NCBI GenBank assembly: GCA_002011125.2
Contig: MTMF02000009.1
Location: 396,006-460,005 of the forward strand
Source of the DNA: Candidatus Hydrothermarchaeum profundi
GTDB lineage: Archaea > Hydrothermarchaeota > Hydrothermarchaeia > Hydrothermarchaeales > Hydrothermarchaeaceae
Length of the DNA stretch: 64,000 nucleotides
Direction of reading: 5' to 3'
Under the pieces are notes generated by a model. That model had not been told where the DNA came from, did no database searches, and was given only the letters and a program-made list of their open reading frames with translations. Below, piece after piece: positions 38,452-48,528 of this stretch; the stretch's first letter is position 1, and each line of letters begins with the position of its first letter. Both the position numbers and the translations under genes were made by a program.

Positions 38452-39249
38452 TCAAAAATTATCTTTAACGTATTTTACCATGTTCTCAAATATCACATAA
38501 CCGTCTCCATAACCTTTTAAGCCCTTTCTCGTCCAATCAGGATAAGTAATCCAATGAAACGCCCTTTCAGGATGAGGCATCATTCCAAGTATCAAACCAG
38601 AAGGATCACATATCCCAGCGATATCGAATATCGAACCATTAGGATTATGAGGATACTTTCCTAACGCTGGAGTTCCATCTTCATATGAATACCTAAAAAC
38701 AATTTGATCGTTTCTCTTTAGTCTGTCTAAATATTCTTCTTCAAGTCCCAAGGGTAGAATAAGCTTTCCTTCCCCATGCGCAACAGGCATCCTTAAAACT
38801 TTTTTGAGATTCCTAGTAAAAATACAATTTCCACGGTTTTCATTAACTAAATATACCCATCGATCTTCAAATCTTGAGGAAGAATTAGTTCCTAATGCAA
38901 CCTCTTGCTCTTCCTTGAACCCTGGAAGCATACCTGCTTCAACAAGTACTTGAAATCCATTACATATACCGAGGATCGGTTTCTCTTCCTCAACGAATTT
39001 TTTTATTTCATTCCCAATCTTCTTCATAAGTGTTTTACCCATTATAGCCCCAGATCTCACTCGGTCACCATAAGAAAATCCTCCAGGAATTACTAAACCA
39101 TGATAATCAAGCAGACTCCTTTCTCCTTTTATAAGCTTGTTAATATGTAGAATCTCGGCGGTACATCTAAAGTGCTCTAAGGAAACTTTAGTTTCTATAT
39201 CGCAGTTAGTACCAGGTCCTCTTAAAACGCAAAATTTTATATCCCTCAT
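38452..39249 (-). CDS. purQ: FGAM synthase glutaminase subunit
   Basis: PGTNCD, PGGFSYGD, GICNGFQ, AHGEG, NPNGS, MMPHPER. Confidence 0.96.
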   Translation of the reverse strand: MRDIKFCVLRGPGTNCDIETKVSLEHFRCTAEILHINKLIKGERSLLDYHGLVIPGGFSYGDRVRSGAIMGKTLMKKIGNEIKKFVEEEKPILGICNGFQVLVEAGMLPGFKEEQEVALGTNSSSRFEDRWVYLVNENRGNCIFTRNLKKVLRMPVAHGEGKLILPLGLEEEYLDRLKRNDQIVFRYSYEDGTPALGKYPHNPNGSIFDIAGICDPSGLILGMMPHPERAFHWITYPDWTRKGLKGYGDGYVIFENMVKYVKDNF

Positions 39250-41579
39250 AACCCTCCCTGCCATGCTTTTCTTAAATCATCAATAGTAGACGAAATAAGT
39301 TTTCTACTACTAGCATAAACTATTAGCTCGTCTGATTCGGTTGTGACTCCGATCTCACTGTAGGGACATCCATTAAACAATTCTTCGAATGCGTCTTTAT
39401 TCTTTTCAGCGACTTCTACTAAAAATCTACTATTAGACTCCGAGAATAGTATATGATCACTTCGGAGTTTCCCTCTGACAAGCACTCTCTCTAAATCTAT
39501 CTCTAAACCTATATTTCCTCCAATAGCCATTTCTGCAGCTGCTACCGCCAAACCCCCCTCTGATAAATCATGACATGACAAAATTAGCCCCTTGTCCATC
39601 GCCCTAATTAAGGTATCGATCTGTATCTTTGCTCTAAGAGCATCCACTTTTGGTACAGAATTCCCCAAATAACCATGGACCTTATAGTAATGAGAACCCC
39701 CAAGTTCATCAAATGTCAAACCAATTATATATACCAAACTATTTTTTTCTTTTAAATCCATACTTACAGCTTTCCTCACATCCGGTAATATCCCAATAGC
39801 CGAAATAAGAAGAGTTGGAGTTACAGGTCCTGCCGATGACTCATTATACAAGCTGTCCTTCCCAGATATGAAAGGAGTCTCGAACGCCTTTGCAATATCA
39901 TAACAAGCTTGAGCTGCTCTAACTAGTCCACCCATATTCTCAGGCTTCTCTGGATTCCCCCAGCAAAAATTGTCCAATAATGCTATTCTTCTACCACCCA
40001 CCGCTACATTATTCCGTATAGCTTCATCTATAGCTGACGCCGCCATCCAATATGGGTCTATTTTCCCGTACTCTGGATTTATCCCATTTGAGATAACTAT
40101 ACCTTTCCAAGAATTGTATAAAGGCTTTAGAACTGCCGCATCGCTAGGAGCATCATTATATACCCCTTGTAAAGGTTTTAAGACAGTCATTGCTTTAACT
40201 TCGTGGTCATACGTCCTTATCACAGATTCTTTGCTCACAACATTAGGAGAAGATAAAATTTTCAAGAGATCAAGAGTTAGATCATCTGGCATAGAGAACT
40301 TTGCTTCTGGATGCCTCCTCTCCTTCCACACCGCCTTTCTAACAGCTTTTATTTCATTAAAAAGGAAAGACACATCTATCTGGCCCACTAGCTCCCCTTT
40401 ATAGTAGATGTTAAGCTTATTTTCTCTAATGAATTCTCCGATAGGAGTAGCTTCCACGTTTTCATCACTAAAAATCTCCAAAACTTCTTCTAAATTTTCC
40501 TTTGGTACGCAAAGAAGCATTCTTTCCTGCGATTCTGAGACCCATATCTCCCAAGGACTCATTTTAGGATACTTGAGAGGTACTTTATCTAGCTCGACTA
40601 TCGCTCCACAGTTAAATAGGCGAGCTAGTTCTCCCACAGCAGAAGAAAGCCCTCCTCCCCCTAAGTCGGTTATAGCACTGCCTAATTGTCTATTCCTTAC
40701 CTCTATTATTCCTCTCTTTATCTTTTCTTCTTCGATTGGATCACCTATCTGAACTGCTGTCCCAAATGTCTCCTCGGCTTCTTCATGCAGTTCTGTAGAA
40801 GCAAAAGTAACACCATGGATTCCGTCTCTACCGGTTTTACCACCAACTAATACTAAAATGTCTCCAGGCTTTCCTTTCCTTACATATTTACTTTTTGGGA
40901 CAAGGCCTACAGTCCCGCAAAAGACCAAAGGATTAGTAACATAACTCTCATCAAATAATATTGCTCCATTAACAGTTGGTATCCCCATGTTATTTCCATA
41001 TGCTCCAATACCCAGTATAACGTACTTTGATATAAATCTTGGATGTTTTGTACCTTTTGGTAGTTTATGATAAGGGAAATCCTGAGGTCCAAAACATAGG
41101 ACATCTGTGTTAGCAATAGGCTCTCCCCACACTCCTAATATGTCTCTTATAACACCTCCAACTCCCGTTGCCGCACCTCCAAAAGGCTCAATAGCTGATG
41201 GATGATTATGAGTTTCTACTTTAAATGCTACCCCTATATCCCCTTCAAAATCCACAATGCCTGCGTTGTCCTCGAAAACTGAAAAACACCACTCACAGTT
41301 GAGTTCTTTAGTGACTCTAGCGATTGTACTTTTTAGAAGATTGTTAATTTTACCCTCCTTCGTCAAAATTTCTCCCTTAAAAGTCTTGTGTACGCAGTGC
41401 TCACTCCAAGTTTGAGCGAATGTTTCTAATTCCACATCAGTTGGGTCTCTGCCTAGCGATGAAAAATAGGACTGTATTGCCTTCATCTCTTCTAAATTCA
41501 AGGAAAGTTGCCTTTTTTCACTGATTTCCAAAAGCTGATTTGCATCTATACCAATTAGTTTTACTCTCATTTTTTCCAC
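39246..41579 (-). CDS. purL: FGAM synthase synthetase subunit
   Basis: QTWSEHC.HK, ETHNHPSA, GGKTGRDG, SESQERM, SGKDSLYN. Confidence 0.97.
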   Translation of the reverse strand: MEKMRVKLIGIDANQLLEISEKRQLSLNLEEMKAIQSYFSSLGRDPTDVELETFAQTWSEHCVHKTFKGEILTKEGKINNLLKSTIARVTKELNCEWCFSVFEDNAGIVDFEGDIGVAFKVETHNHPSAIEPFGGAATGVGGVIRDILGVWGEPIANTDVLCFGPQDFPYHKLPKGTKHPRFISKYVILGIGAYGNNMGIPTVNGAILFDESYVTNPLVFCGTVGLVPKSKYVRKGKPGDILVLVGGKTGRDGIHGVTFASTELHEEAEETFGTAVQIGDPIEEEKIKRGIIEVRNRQLGSAITDLGGGGLSSAVGELARLFNCGAIVELDKVPLKYPKMSPWEIWVSESQERMLLCVPKENLEEVLEIFSDENVEATPIGEFIRENKLNIYYKGELVGQIDVSFLFNEIKAVRKAVWKERRHPEAKFSMPDDLTLDLLKILSSPNVVSKESVIRTYDHEVKAMTVLKPLQGVYNDAPSDAAVLKPLYNSWKGIVISNGINPEYGKIDPYWMAASAIDEAIRNNVAVGGRRIALLDNFCWGNPEKPENMGGLVRAAQACYDIAKAFETPFISGKDSLYNESSAGPVTPTLLISAIGILPDVRKAVSMDLKEKNSLVYIIGLTFDELGGSHYYKVHGYLGNSVPKVDALRAKIQIDTLIRAMDKGLILSCHDLSEGGLAVAAAEMAIGGNIGLEIDLERVLVRGKLRSDHILFSESNSRFLVEVAEKNKDAFEELFNGCPYSEIGVTTESDELIVYASSRKLISSTIDDLRKAWQGGL

Positions 41580-41664
41580 TTTTAAGTAATTTTAAAGAAA
41601 ATCGCATTACCTTAAGGAAGTTTTTACCGGTAAAGGATACTGATTGTTTTTTAAAAACACTGGT

Positions 41665-41907
41665 TCACCTCGAACTATGCTGTTTAACTTCCCTGATTTC
41701 ATAGTCCTGACTAATCGGGTTTGCTAAAAGACGTTTACACATTTCCTCTATTTGCTGGAGATCATAGTCGCTTTTAATCACATATAGCTTAGCACTGCGG
41801 ACTTCTTCAACTTTTTCAAATCCCAATGCCCTCAGTCCTTCAAGTGTCGACTCCCCTTCCGGATCTTGTACTCCCGGTTTATAAGAAATCCTAACTTCAT
41901 ATATCAT
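41665..41907 (-). CDS. purS: FGAM synthase PurS subunit
   Basis: KPGVQDPEG, LLANPI. Confidence 0.93.
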   Translation of the reverse strand: MIYEVRISYKPGVQDPEGESTLEGLRALGFEKVEEVRSAKLYVIKSDYDLQQIEEMCKRLLANPISQDYEIREVKQHSSR

Positions 41908-42035
41908 GTTAATACACATATGGTCCTTAAAAAATTACAATATATTTAATTTTTGATTATCTGATATTTATAAAATCCTGAAATGATGTTTAAAATATAA
42001 AACAGATGATAGTGTTAAAAAAGTAAAATAGTAGC

Positions 42036-42836
42036 ATGATTACCAAAAGGATAATACCATGTTTGGACGTAAAAGACGGCAGAGTTGTTAAAGGAATTAA
42101 TTTTAAAAATTTAAAAGATGCCGGCCATCCCGTTAAGCTCGCTAAAATGTACGATGAACAAGGAGCTGACGAACTGGTTTACCTTGATATAAGTGCCTCA
42201 CCAGAAGGAAGAAAAACTATGTTAGACTTAGTGGAAAAAACAGCAGATCAAGTCTTCATCCCTCTAACTGTAGGCGGAGGAATAAGTAGTGTTGAAGACA
42301 TTAGAAGAATTTTAAAGGCAGGAGCAGATAAAGTTGCGATCAACACCGCTGCTGTTAAAAATCCTGAAATCATTAAAAAAGGAGCCACTAAATTTGGTTC
42401 CCAATGCATCGTTTCAGCAATTGATGCTAAAAGAGTCTATGAAAACAATAAAACAAAAAATGTTATAGAGACTCTAGAGGGAAAATGCTGGCTTGAAGTC
42501 TACATCTATGGTGGAAGAAAACCTACGGGAATAGATGCAATTACTTGGGCAAAAAAAGTTGAAGAACTTGGGGCAGGCGAAATATTACTTACAAGCATGG
42601 ACGCGGATGGTACTAAAATGGGTTTTGACATCCCTCTAACAAGAACCATTTCTGAAGAAACGAATATACCAATTATAGCAAGCGGTGGTGCCGGAACTCT
42701 AGAGCACATTTATGAGGCTCTAACTATCGGAAAAGCAGATGCCGCGTTGGCTGCCTCAATATTTCATTATAAGGAGTATACGGTTGGGGATATTAAAAAT
42801 TATCTTAAAGAGCGGAACGTACCGGTGAGAATTTAA
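42036..42836 (+). CDS. hisF: Imidazole glycerol phosphate synthase cyclase subunit
   Basis: [33 protein letters not shown]. Confidence 0.97.
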   Translation: MITKRIIPCLDVKDGRVVKGINFKNLKDAGHPVKLAKMYDEQGADELVYLDISASPEGRKTMLDLVEKTADQVFIPLTVGGGISSVEDIRRILKAGADKVAINTAAVKNPEIIKKGATKFGSQCIVSAIDAKRVYENNKTKNVIETLEGKCWLEVYIYGGRKPTGIDAITWAKKVEELGAGEILLTSMDADGTKMGFDIPLTRTISEETNIPIIASGGAGTLEHIYEALTIGKADAALAASIFHYKEYTVGDIKNYLKERNVPVRI

Positions 42837-43717
42837 TGGCCCACAACCATGAATTTAAAACTGAAGTTGAACTAAAAAAAGTAATACTATTTATTTCTCT
42901 GATCTTCATTGCTGAAATTATAGGCGGAGTTCTTTCCAACAGCCTTGCTCTCCTCAGTGATGCCGCGCATGTTTTCTCTGACCTATTTGCTTTAACTTTA
43001 AGCTGGACTGCTCTTAAAATATCTGAAAAACCGGCAAGTACTTCTAGAACCTTTGGATTTCATAGAATGGAAATATTTGCGGCACTTATTAACGGAGTTC
43101 TTTTATTGTTAATCTCTTTATTCATTTTCCGTGAGGCTTATTATAGAATTCTTTCCCCACCCCACGTAAAAACTTCTCAAATGTTAATTGTTGCTACTTT
43201 AGGTTTACTTGTAAATATATGGGTAGTTATCAGACTTAAACGCCATACTTCCGATCTTAATGTGAAAAGTGCCTTTTTACATGCACTAGGGGACGCAATC
43301 GCTTCAGTAGGTGTTATAACGGGAGGTGTAATAATACTTTTTACTGGATATTTCATAGCAGATCCCCTTATTAGCGTATTTATTGGAATTATAATCCTAG
43401 TAGGATCTCTTAGGCTTATCAAAGAAGCGTCTCATATTCTATTAGAAGGCACTCCACGGCATATTGATATTGAACAAGTAACAGTTGCTATCTCCTCAAT
43501 AGAGGGGGTAAAAAATATACATGACCTACATGTCTGGAGTATATGTTCTCATATAAATGCCGCAAGCGCACATGTCATCGTGGAAGACAAAAAGGTAAGT
43601 GAAATCGAAGAAATGTCAAAAAAAATAAAAGATAAAATGGAAGATTTCAACATCAAACATACAACGATCGAATTCGAATGCGGAGAAGATGGCGAGCCTT
43701 GCCAATTAACCCATTAA
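42836..43717 (+). CDS. Cation diffusion facilitator (CzcD/ZitB-like)
   Basis: SLALLSDAAH..D, TFGFHR.E, LHALGD, HDLHVW. Confidence 0.94.
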   Translation: MAHNHEFKTEVELKKVILFISLIFIAEIIGGVLSNSLALLSDAAHVFSDLFALTLSWTALKISEKPASTSRTFGFHRMEIFAALINGVLLLLISLFIFREAYYRILSPPHVKTSQMLIVATLGLLVNIWVVIRLKRHTSDLNVKSAFLHALGDAIASVGVITGGVIILFTGYFIADPLISVFIGIIILVGSLRLIKEASHILLEGTPRHIDIEQVTVAISSIEGVKNIHDLHVWSICSHINAASAHVIVEDKKVSEIEEMSKKIKDKMEDFNIKHTTIEFECGEDGEPCQLTH

Positions 43718-43727
43718 AAGTGTTATT

Positions 43728-44327
43728 ATGAAAGTTGCAATAATCGACTACGGCATGGGAAACCTACGAAGCGTGTACCGAGGTTTAGAATATGGAGGGG
43801 CTAAACCAGTTATTACAATCGATAGAGAGGAAATAGAAGATAGTGATGCAATAGTTCTTCCAGGCGTAGGAGCTTTTTGTGATGCCATTAATGGCTTAAA
43901 AGGGATAGAAGACATCATTAAAGAAAGCTCTAAAGAAAAACCGATTCTGGGTATCTGCTTAGGGCTTCAACTCTACTTTAGCGAGAGCGAGGAGGATGGA
44001 CTCCATAAGGGTTTAGATCTAATGGTGGGTAAAGTAGTAAAACTTCCACCTACAGTTAAAGTACCTCAAATGGGGTGGAATTCCATAAAAATAAAGAAGG
44101 AAAGCAGATTACTAGACGGCATTAGAGATGGAGAGTTTTTTTACTTCGTTCACTCATTTTACGCCAAGCCTAAAGAAGATGTGACCGTTGCAACAACAGA
44201 ATATGGTGTTGAGATTCCCGCGATATTAGAAAAAGGCAAACTATATGCTACGCAGTTCCATCCAGAAAAGAGCGGGAAAATTGGGTTAAACCTCCTTAAA
44301 AATTTCATAGCTATAGCTAAAGAATAA
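43728..44327 (+). CDS. hisH: Imidazole glycerol phosphate synthase glutaminase subunit
   Basis: DYGMGNL, LPGVGAF, GICLG, YFVHS, QFHPEKS. Confidence 0.96.
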   Translation: MKVAIIDYGMGNLRSVYRGLEYGGAKPVITIDREEIEDSDAIVLPGVGAFCDAINGLKGIEDIIKESSKEKPILGICLGLQLYFSESEEDGLHKGLDLMVGKVVKLPPTVKVPQMGWNSIKIKKESRLLDGIRDGEFFYFVHSFYAKPKEDVTVATTEYGVEIPAILEKGKLYATQFHPEKSGKIGLNLLKNFIAIAKE

Positions 44328-44371
44328 AAAGTAAAAAATACGCTTTTTTTAATCTACAAGCATGATTTAGT

Positions 44372-45163
44372 TCATATCGCTAGATTAAAGGCCCTCCCTT
44401 TCCATAGTGCCAAGAATTTCTCACGACTAATTCTTAGATAATCCCTATCATGAGCATGGATCTCCAAGGTAATAGTACCATCATACACTCTCTTTAATTC
44501 TCTTACCATTTTTTTCCAGTCGATATTCCCTGTACCTAGAGGGAGATGAAGATCTTCATATCCTAAATTATCGTGAACATGAACATGAGCTAATCTTTCA
44601 TAAAAATTTTTTAAGAATACGAAAAGTTCCTCTTCCTCTCTAAGACCCAAATTAGCATGCCCAATATCGAATAAAAACTTAGCGTTTGGAACTTCGCTAA
44701 AGATTCTAGAGAAATCTTCAACATTGAACGTGGAGATATCCATATTTTCAACGCAGAGCGTTATTCCTCTGTCGCTTGCTTCCTCAACTATTTCTTTAAT
44801 TCCCGCTATATTGCGTCCAAGTTTATCCTCAAATAGTCCCTTTGGCTTTAAAATATGAATTCCAACTTTTTCTATCTCGAATTTTGAAGCTATTTTTATA
44901 ACCTTTTTAGCCTCTTTGAGATATGCTTTTTGAACGGTCTTGTACGGATTTCCTATGTCAAAGAACCAAGGTATATGGGCAATAGCAAACATTTCGTACC
45001 TAGTAAGTTGCTCTTTGATTTCATTTAAATTCTCTTTAAGTGTCTCTGGATCTGCTTTTGGTCCTTCAACTGCCAATTCTACAAAGTCAAACCTCATTTC
45101 TCCAAAAAGATTGATCTCCTTTATCACATTTCTTTCGGGATTATTCATAGCGCCAAGCTTCAT
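44372..45163 (-). CDS. Sugar-phosphate isomerase/epimerase (AP endonuclease 2 TIM barrel)
   Basis: VENM, FDIGHA, HVHDN..DLHLPLG.G.ID, TLE. Confidence 0.88.
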   Translation of the reverse strand: MKLGAMNNPERNVIKEINLFGEMRFDFVELAVEGPKADPETLKENLNEIKEQLTRYEMFAIAHIPWFFDIGNPYKTVQKAYLKEAKKVIKIASKFEIEKVGIHILKPKGLFEDKLGRNIAGIKEIVEEASDRGITLCVENMDISTFNVEDFSRIFSEVPNAKFLFDIGHANLGLREEEELFVFLKNFYERLAHVHVHDNLGYEDLHLPLGTGNIDWKKMVRELKRVYDGTITLEIHAHDRDYLRISREKFLALWKGRAFNLAI

Positions 45164-45237
45164 GTCATAAGTTTGCTTATTTAACCTTATTTAACAATTA
45201 AAAAAAAAGGAAAATATGAAGAAACCGGATTTGCTTG

Positions 45238-45296
45238 TTAAAGGAATATGCGCCCATAGGATTTGAATAGTTTCTTAAGGCGCATATATCCTTTAA
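45238..45296. repeat. Long inverted repeat/hairpin downstream of the rubrerythrin gene
   Basis: TTAAAGGAATATGCGCC ... GGCGCATATATCCTTTAA: 17-bp stem with 1-nt bulge, 24-nt loop. Confidence 0.7.
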
Positions 45297-45310
45297 AAGT
45301 TTTGGAAATT

Positions 45311-45733
45311 TTATTTAAAATACCTGTCTAATAGTCCTTGAAGTGCTTTTGCATGCCTTGCCTCATCTCTCGAAGATTCATCAAAAAAATCATGCGCCTC
45401 ATCGATGCCTCCTTCCTTAGCTTTTACTGCAGCTTCTCTTTTTCCTTTATTCGCCATTTTTTCTCCTGCCAACATCTTTTCTAGATTCTCTTTAGTACTC
45501 GTTGATATCAAGCCATTGAGTTCAGCAAACCTAGCCGCATGCCATGCTTCATCCATCGCTATTTTCTCAAGGGCCACTGCTATCTCAGGATATCCTTCAC
45601 GCAATGCCTGCTTTGACATTGCGAGATAAAGACCAACTTCACTCGTTTCTCCCATAAAATTTTTCTTTACATGTTCTTCCACAGGGCTTCCCTTAGCAAT
45701 GCCCACCTTGCTTTCAAATTCTAATTCTTGCAT
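45311..45733 (-). CDS. Rubrerythrin-like ferritin-fold di-iron protein lacking a rubredoxin domain
   Basis: [32 protein letters not shown]. Confidence 0.9.
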   Translation of the reverse strand: MQELEFESKVGIAKGSPVEEHVKKNFMGETSEVGLYLAMSKQALREGYPEIAVALEKIAMDEAWHAARFAELNGLISTSTKENLEKMLAGEKMANKGKREAAVKAKEGGIDEAHDFFDESSRDEARHAKALQGLLDRYFK

Positions 45734-45801
45734 TTTTTACCACCTCCATAATTTTTATATAGGTATATCGCATATATTTATACTAAATATATAAATTTTT
45801 G

Positions 45802-45816
45802 GTACGAAATTCGTAC
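45802..45816. promoter_or_regulatory. Palindromic Lrp/Ptr2-type operator
   Basis: GTACGAA-A-TTCGTAC perfect palindrome between divergent rubrerythrin and lrp genes, next to the TATA-like TATATAAA at ~45788-45795. Confidence 0.72.
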
Positions 45817-45837
45817 TTAAAAAAAGGAGAAAGTAGT

Positions 45838-46260
45838 ATGGTAGATTGGAAAGATTTGAAAATAATAGAAATGCTTCGCAATAATGCTCGCACCCCTTTT
45901 ACAAAAATAGCAGAAGAACTAGGAGTAACTGAGTCTACTATTAGAAAACGTGTTAAAGCGCTAGAAAAAAGCGGTGCAATAATAGGGTATACTATAAATG
46001 TAGACCCCGTTAAATTGGGTTATAAAAATATTGCCCTTATTGGAATAGATACAGCTCCAGAAAATTATTTTGAAGTAGTAGAAAAACTGATAAGCGAAGA
46101 AGAAGTTCGCTCTGTATCTACCTCTTCTGGAGATCATATGATAATGATAGAATATTGGGCGAAAAATAACAAAGAACTCATGGAATTCACCAATAAATTA
46201 AATTCTTTAAAAGGCGTAACAAAAGTTTGTCCCGCCATCATATTAGAGAAGCTAAAATAG
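45838..46260 (+). CDS. lrpA: Lrp/AsnC regulator, LrpA/Ptr2-like
   Basis: NARTPFTKIA..LGVTESTIRKRVKALE, SSGDHMIM, GVTKVCPAIILEKLK. Confidence 0.9.
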   Translation: MVDWKDLKIIEMLRNNARTPFTKIAEELGVTESTIRKRVKALEKSGAIIGYTINVDPVKLGYKNIALIGIDTAPENYFEVVEKLISEEEVRSVSTSSGDHMIMIEYWAKNNKELMEFTNKLNSLKGVTKVCPAIILEKLK

Positions 46261-46301
46261 AAGCGGATATCTTTATTATTTAATAGAGGATATACTCAAA
46301 T

Positions 46302-47651
46302 ATGGATCTAGAAGGTTTCGCGAGAAGAAAAATACTAGAAGGATACGATCACCAGGAAATAATCAAAGAATTAAAACAAGCAATAAAAGAATTCAAAGAC
46401 TGGAGTGAGGAAAGGAACGAAGAGTTTTCTAAAGCGGTATTAGACGAAGTTATAACCTCAGAATCATACAAAAAAATTAAGGATACTTTCTTAAGAAGGC
46501 TTTTAGGATATCCTACAGCAGAAGTCAAGATGGGAGAATTTGGCGTAGGTTCTAGGGGCGAGGGAGATTTTTTTGTTCATAGAAAAATCGCTGATATTCT
46601 TGGGAGTATGGGCGAGGTTATTGGACCTCAACAGCAGGATGATGCAGGAGTAGTTAAGGGTTCAGGTAGATACTTAACTGTCTCAATAGATGGAATGCAC
46701 TCCAGACTTAGTGAGTTTCCTTTTTTAGCAGGCTTTCATGTTGCCAGAGCTGCTTTGAGGGACGTTTACGTTATGGGATCTAAACCTGTAGCATTGATAA
46801 GCGACCTTCACTTAGGAGACGATGGAGATATAGGGAAGCTTCTTGATTTTACAGCCGGCGTTTCTACTATTTCAGAACTAACAGGAGTTCCAACCGTAGC
46901 TGGGAGTACTCTACGTATAGGAGGAGACATGGTATTTGGCGACCGCTTGGTCGCAGCAGTCGGAGCTGTAGGAACCTCTTCAGAAAGACCTAAAGCTAGA
47001 AAAAATGCTGAAGAAAGTGATGTAATCCTTATAACCGAAGGTAAAGGAGGCGGAACAATCACTACTATAGCGATTTATAATGGATATTTTGATACAATTA
47101 AGGTTACATTGAATGTTGAGTTTATGAAAGCATGTGAAACAATTATGCAGAAGGGTCATATGCAAAGTATTCATGCTATGACTGATGTAACTAATGGTGG
47201 ATTAAGGGGAGATGCTATAGAGATCTCTAGGACTTCTAAAAAGAAACTGATATTTTATGAGGAAATGCTTAATAAATTTGTAAACCCAGAAGTTATGAAA
47301 ATGCTTAAAGACCTGAATATAGATCCCTTAGGTATATCTACCGACTCTTTATTACTAATTTTACCCGAGAAGGAAGTTGAAGATGTTAAGAAATGTTTAA
47401 ATGAAGTAACGAAAACCTACGAAATAGGTAGAGTAGAATCCGGAAAGGGAGTTAAAATTCTTGGTGAGGGAGAAACTGAACTCAAGCCTCTATTCCGTGA
47501 GGCGCCCTACACTAAGATAAAAAAAATTATTGGTGAAAAAACACCGCAGAATGTGGAAAAAATGAAAGAAAATATAGAAAAAGCTAAAAAAGAAGCGGTA
47601 GAAAAAAAGAAAGAGATAATAAAATTTATTGGAGGTGGCAGCTTTGACTGA
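46302..47651 (+). CDS. AIR synthase-related (PurM/HypE/ThiL fold) archaeal protein of unknown function
   Basis: [29 protein letters not shown]. Confidence 0.85.
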   Translation: MDLEGFARRKILEGYDHQEIIKELKQAIKEFKDWSEERNEEFSKAVLDEVITSESYKKIKDTFLRRLLGYPTAEVKMGEFGVGSRGEGDFFVHRKIADILGSMGEVIGPQQQDDAGVVKGSGRYLTVSIDGMHSRLSEFPFLAGFHVARAALRDVYVMGSKPVALISDLHLGDDGDIGKLLDFTAGVSTISELTGVPTVAGSTLRIGGDMVFGDRLVAAVGAVGTSSERPKARKNAEESDVILITEGKGGGTITTIAIYNGYFDTIKVTLNVEFMKACETIMQKGHMQSIHAMTDVTNGGLRGDAIEISRTSKKKLIFYEEMLNKFVNPEVMKMLKDLNIDPLGISTDSLLLILPEKEVEDVKKCLNEVTKTYEIGRVESGKGVKILGEGETELKPLFREAPYTKIKKIIGEKTPQNVEKMKENIEKAKKEAVEKKKEIIKFIGGGSFD

Positions 47652-48528
47652 AACAGGCACTGAAAAAGTGAAGAGAGGCTTGGCTCAAATGCTTAAGGGA
47701 GGAGTAATAATGGATGTTACAAACGCAGAGCAGGCGGTAATCGCGGAAGAAGCTGGAGCAGTAGCAGTAATGGCTTTGGAAAGAGTGCCCGCGGATATAA
47801 GAGCTGCTGGCGGAGTAGCTAGGATGGCAGATCCAAAAAAAATCGAGGAAATAATGGACGCTGTCACCATACCTGTGATGGCTAAAGTTAGAATTGGACA
47901 TTTCGCTGAAGCCCAGATACTTGAAGCTATGGGAGTTGACTTTATAGATGAAAGTGAAGTTCTCACTCCAGCTGATGAAAGGAATCATATTGACAAAACT
48001 AAATTTAAAGTGCCTTTTGTATGCGGCGCAAGAAGTCTTGGAGAGGCTTTACGTAGGATTGGAGAGGGTGCTGCGATGATAAGGACTAAAGGAGAAGCAG
48101 GTAGCGGTAATGTAGTAGAAGCTGTAAGGCATATGCGAGAGGTGATGGGGCATATTAGAAAACTTCAAAACATGTCAGAAGACGAACTTATGACTGAAGC
48201 TAAAGAGATGGGTGCACCATATGACCTAGTAAAAGAAACCGCTAAGCTTGGAAGACTACCTGTAGTTAATTTCGCTGCTGGCGGAATTGCTACTCCTGCT
48301 GATGCTTCATTAATGATGCAGTTAGGCGCTGATGGTATTTTTGTAGGCTCTGGTATTTTCAAGTCTGAAAATCCTGCTGCAAGAGCTAAAGCAATAGTGA
48401 TGGCTACTACTCACTATGATGATCCAAAGGTATTAATTGAAGCTTCAAAAGGAATCGGAGAGGCTATGAAAGGATTGGATATTAGAAGCCTTAAGCCTGA
48501 AGAACTCCTTCAAACTAGGGGGGTTTGA
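47644..48528 (+). CDS. pdxS: PLP synthase lyase subunit
   Basis: [36 protein letters not shown]; TTG after GGAGGTG. Confidence 0.97.
   Translation: MTETGTEKVKRGLAQMLKGGVIMDVTNAEQAVIAEEAGAVAVMALERVPADIRAAGGVARMADPKKIEEIMDAVTIPVMAKVRIGHFAEAQILEAMGVDFIDESEVLTPADERNHIDKTKFKVPFVCGARSLGEALRRIGEGAAMIRTKGEAGSGNVVEAVRHMREVMGHIRKLQNMSEDELMTEAKEMGAPYDLVKETAKLGRLPVVNFAAGGIATPADASLMMQLGADGIFVGSGIFKSENPAARAKAIVMATTHYDDPKVLIEASKGIGEAMKGLDIRSLKPEELLQTRGV

Noticed and set aside
45238-45296. SECIS element
   Set aside because: No clear GAA/A internal loop followed by a short GC helix, and no in-frame UGA selenoprotein candidate nearby
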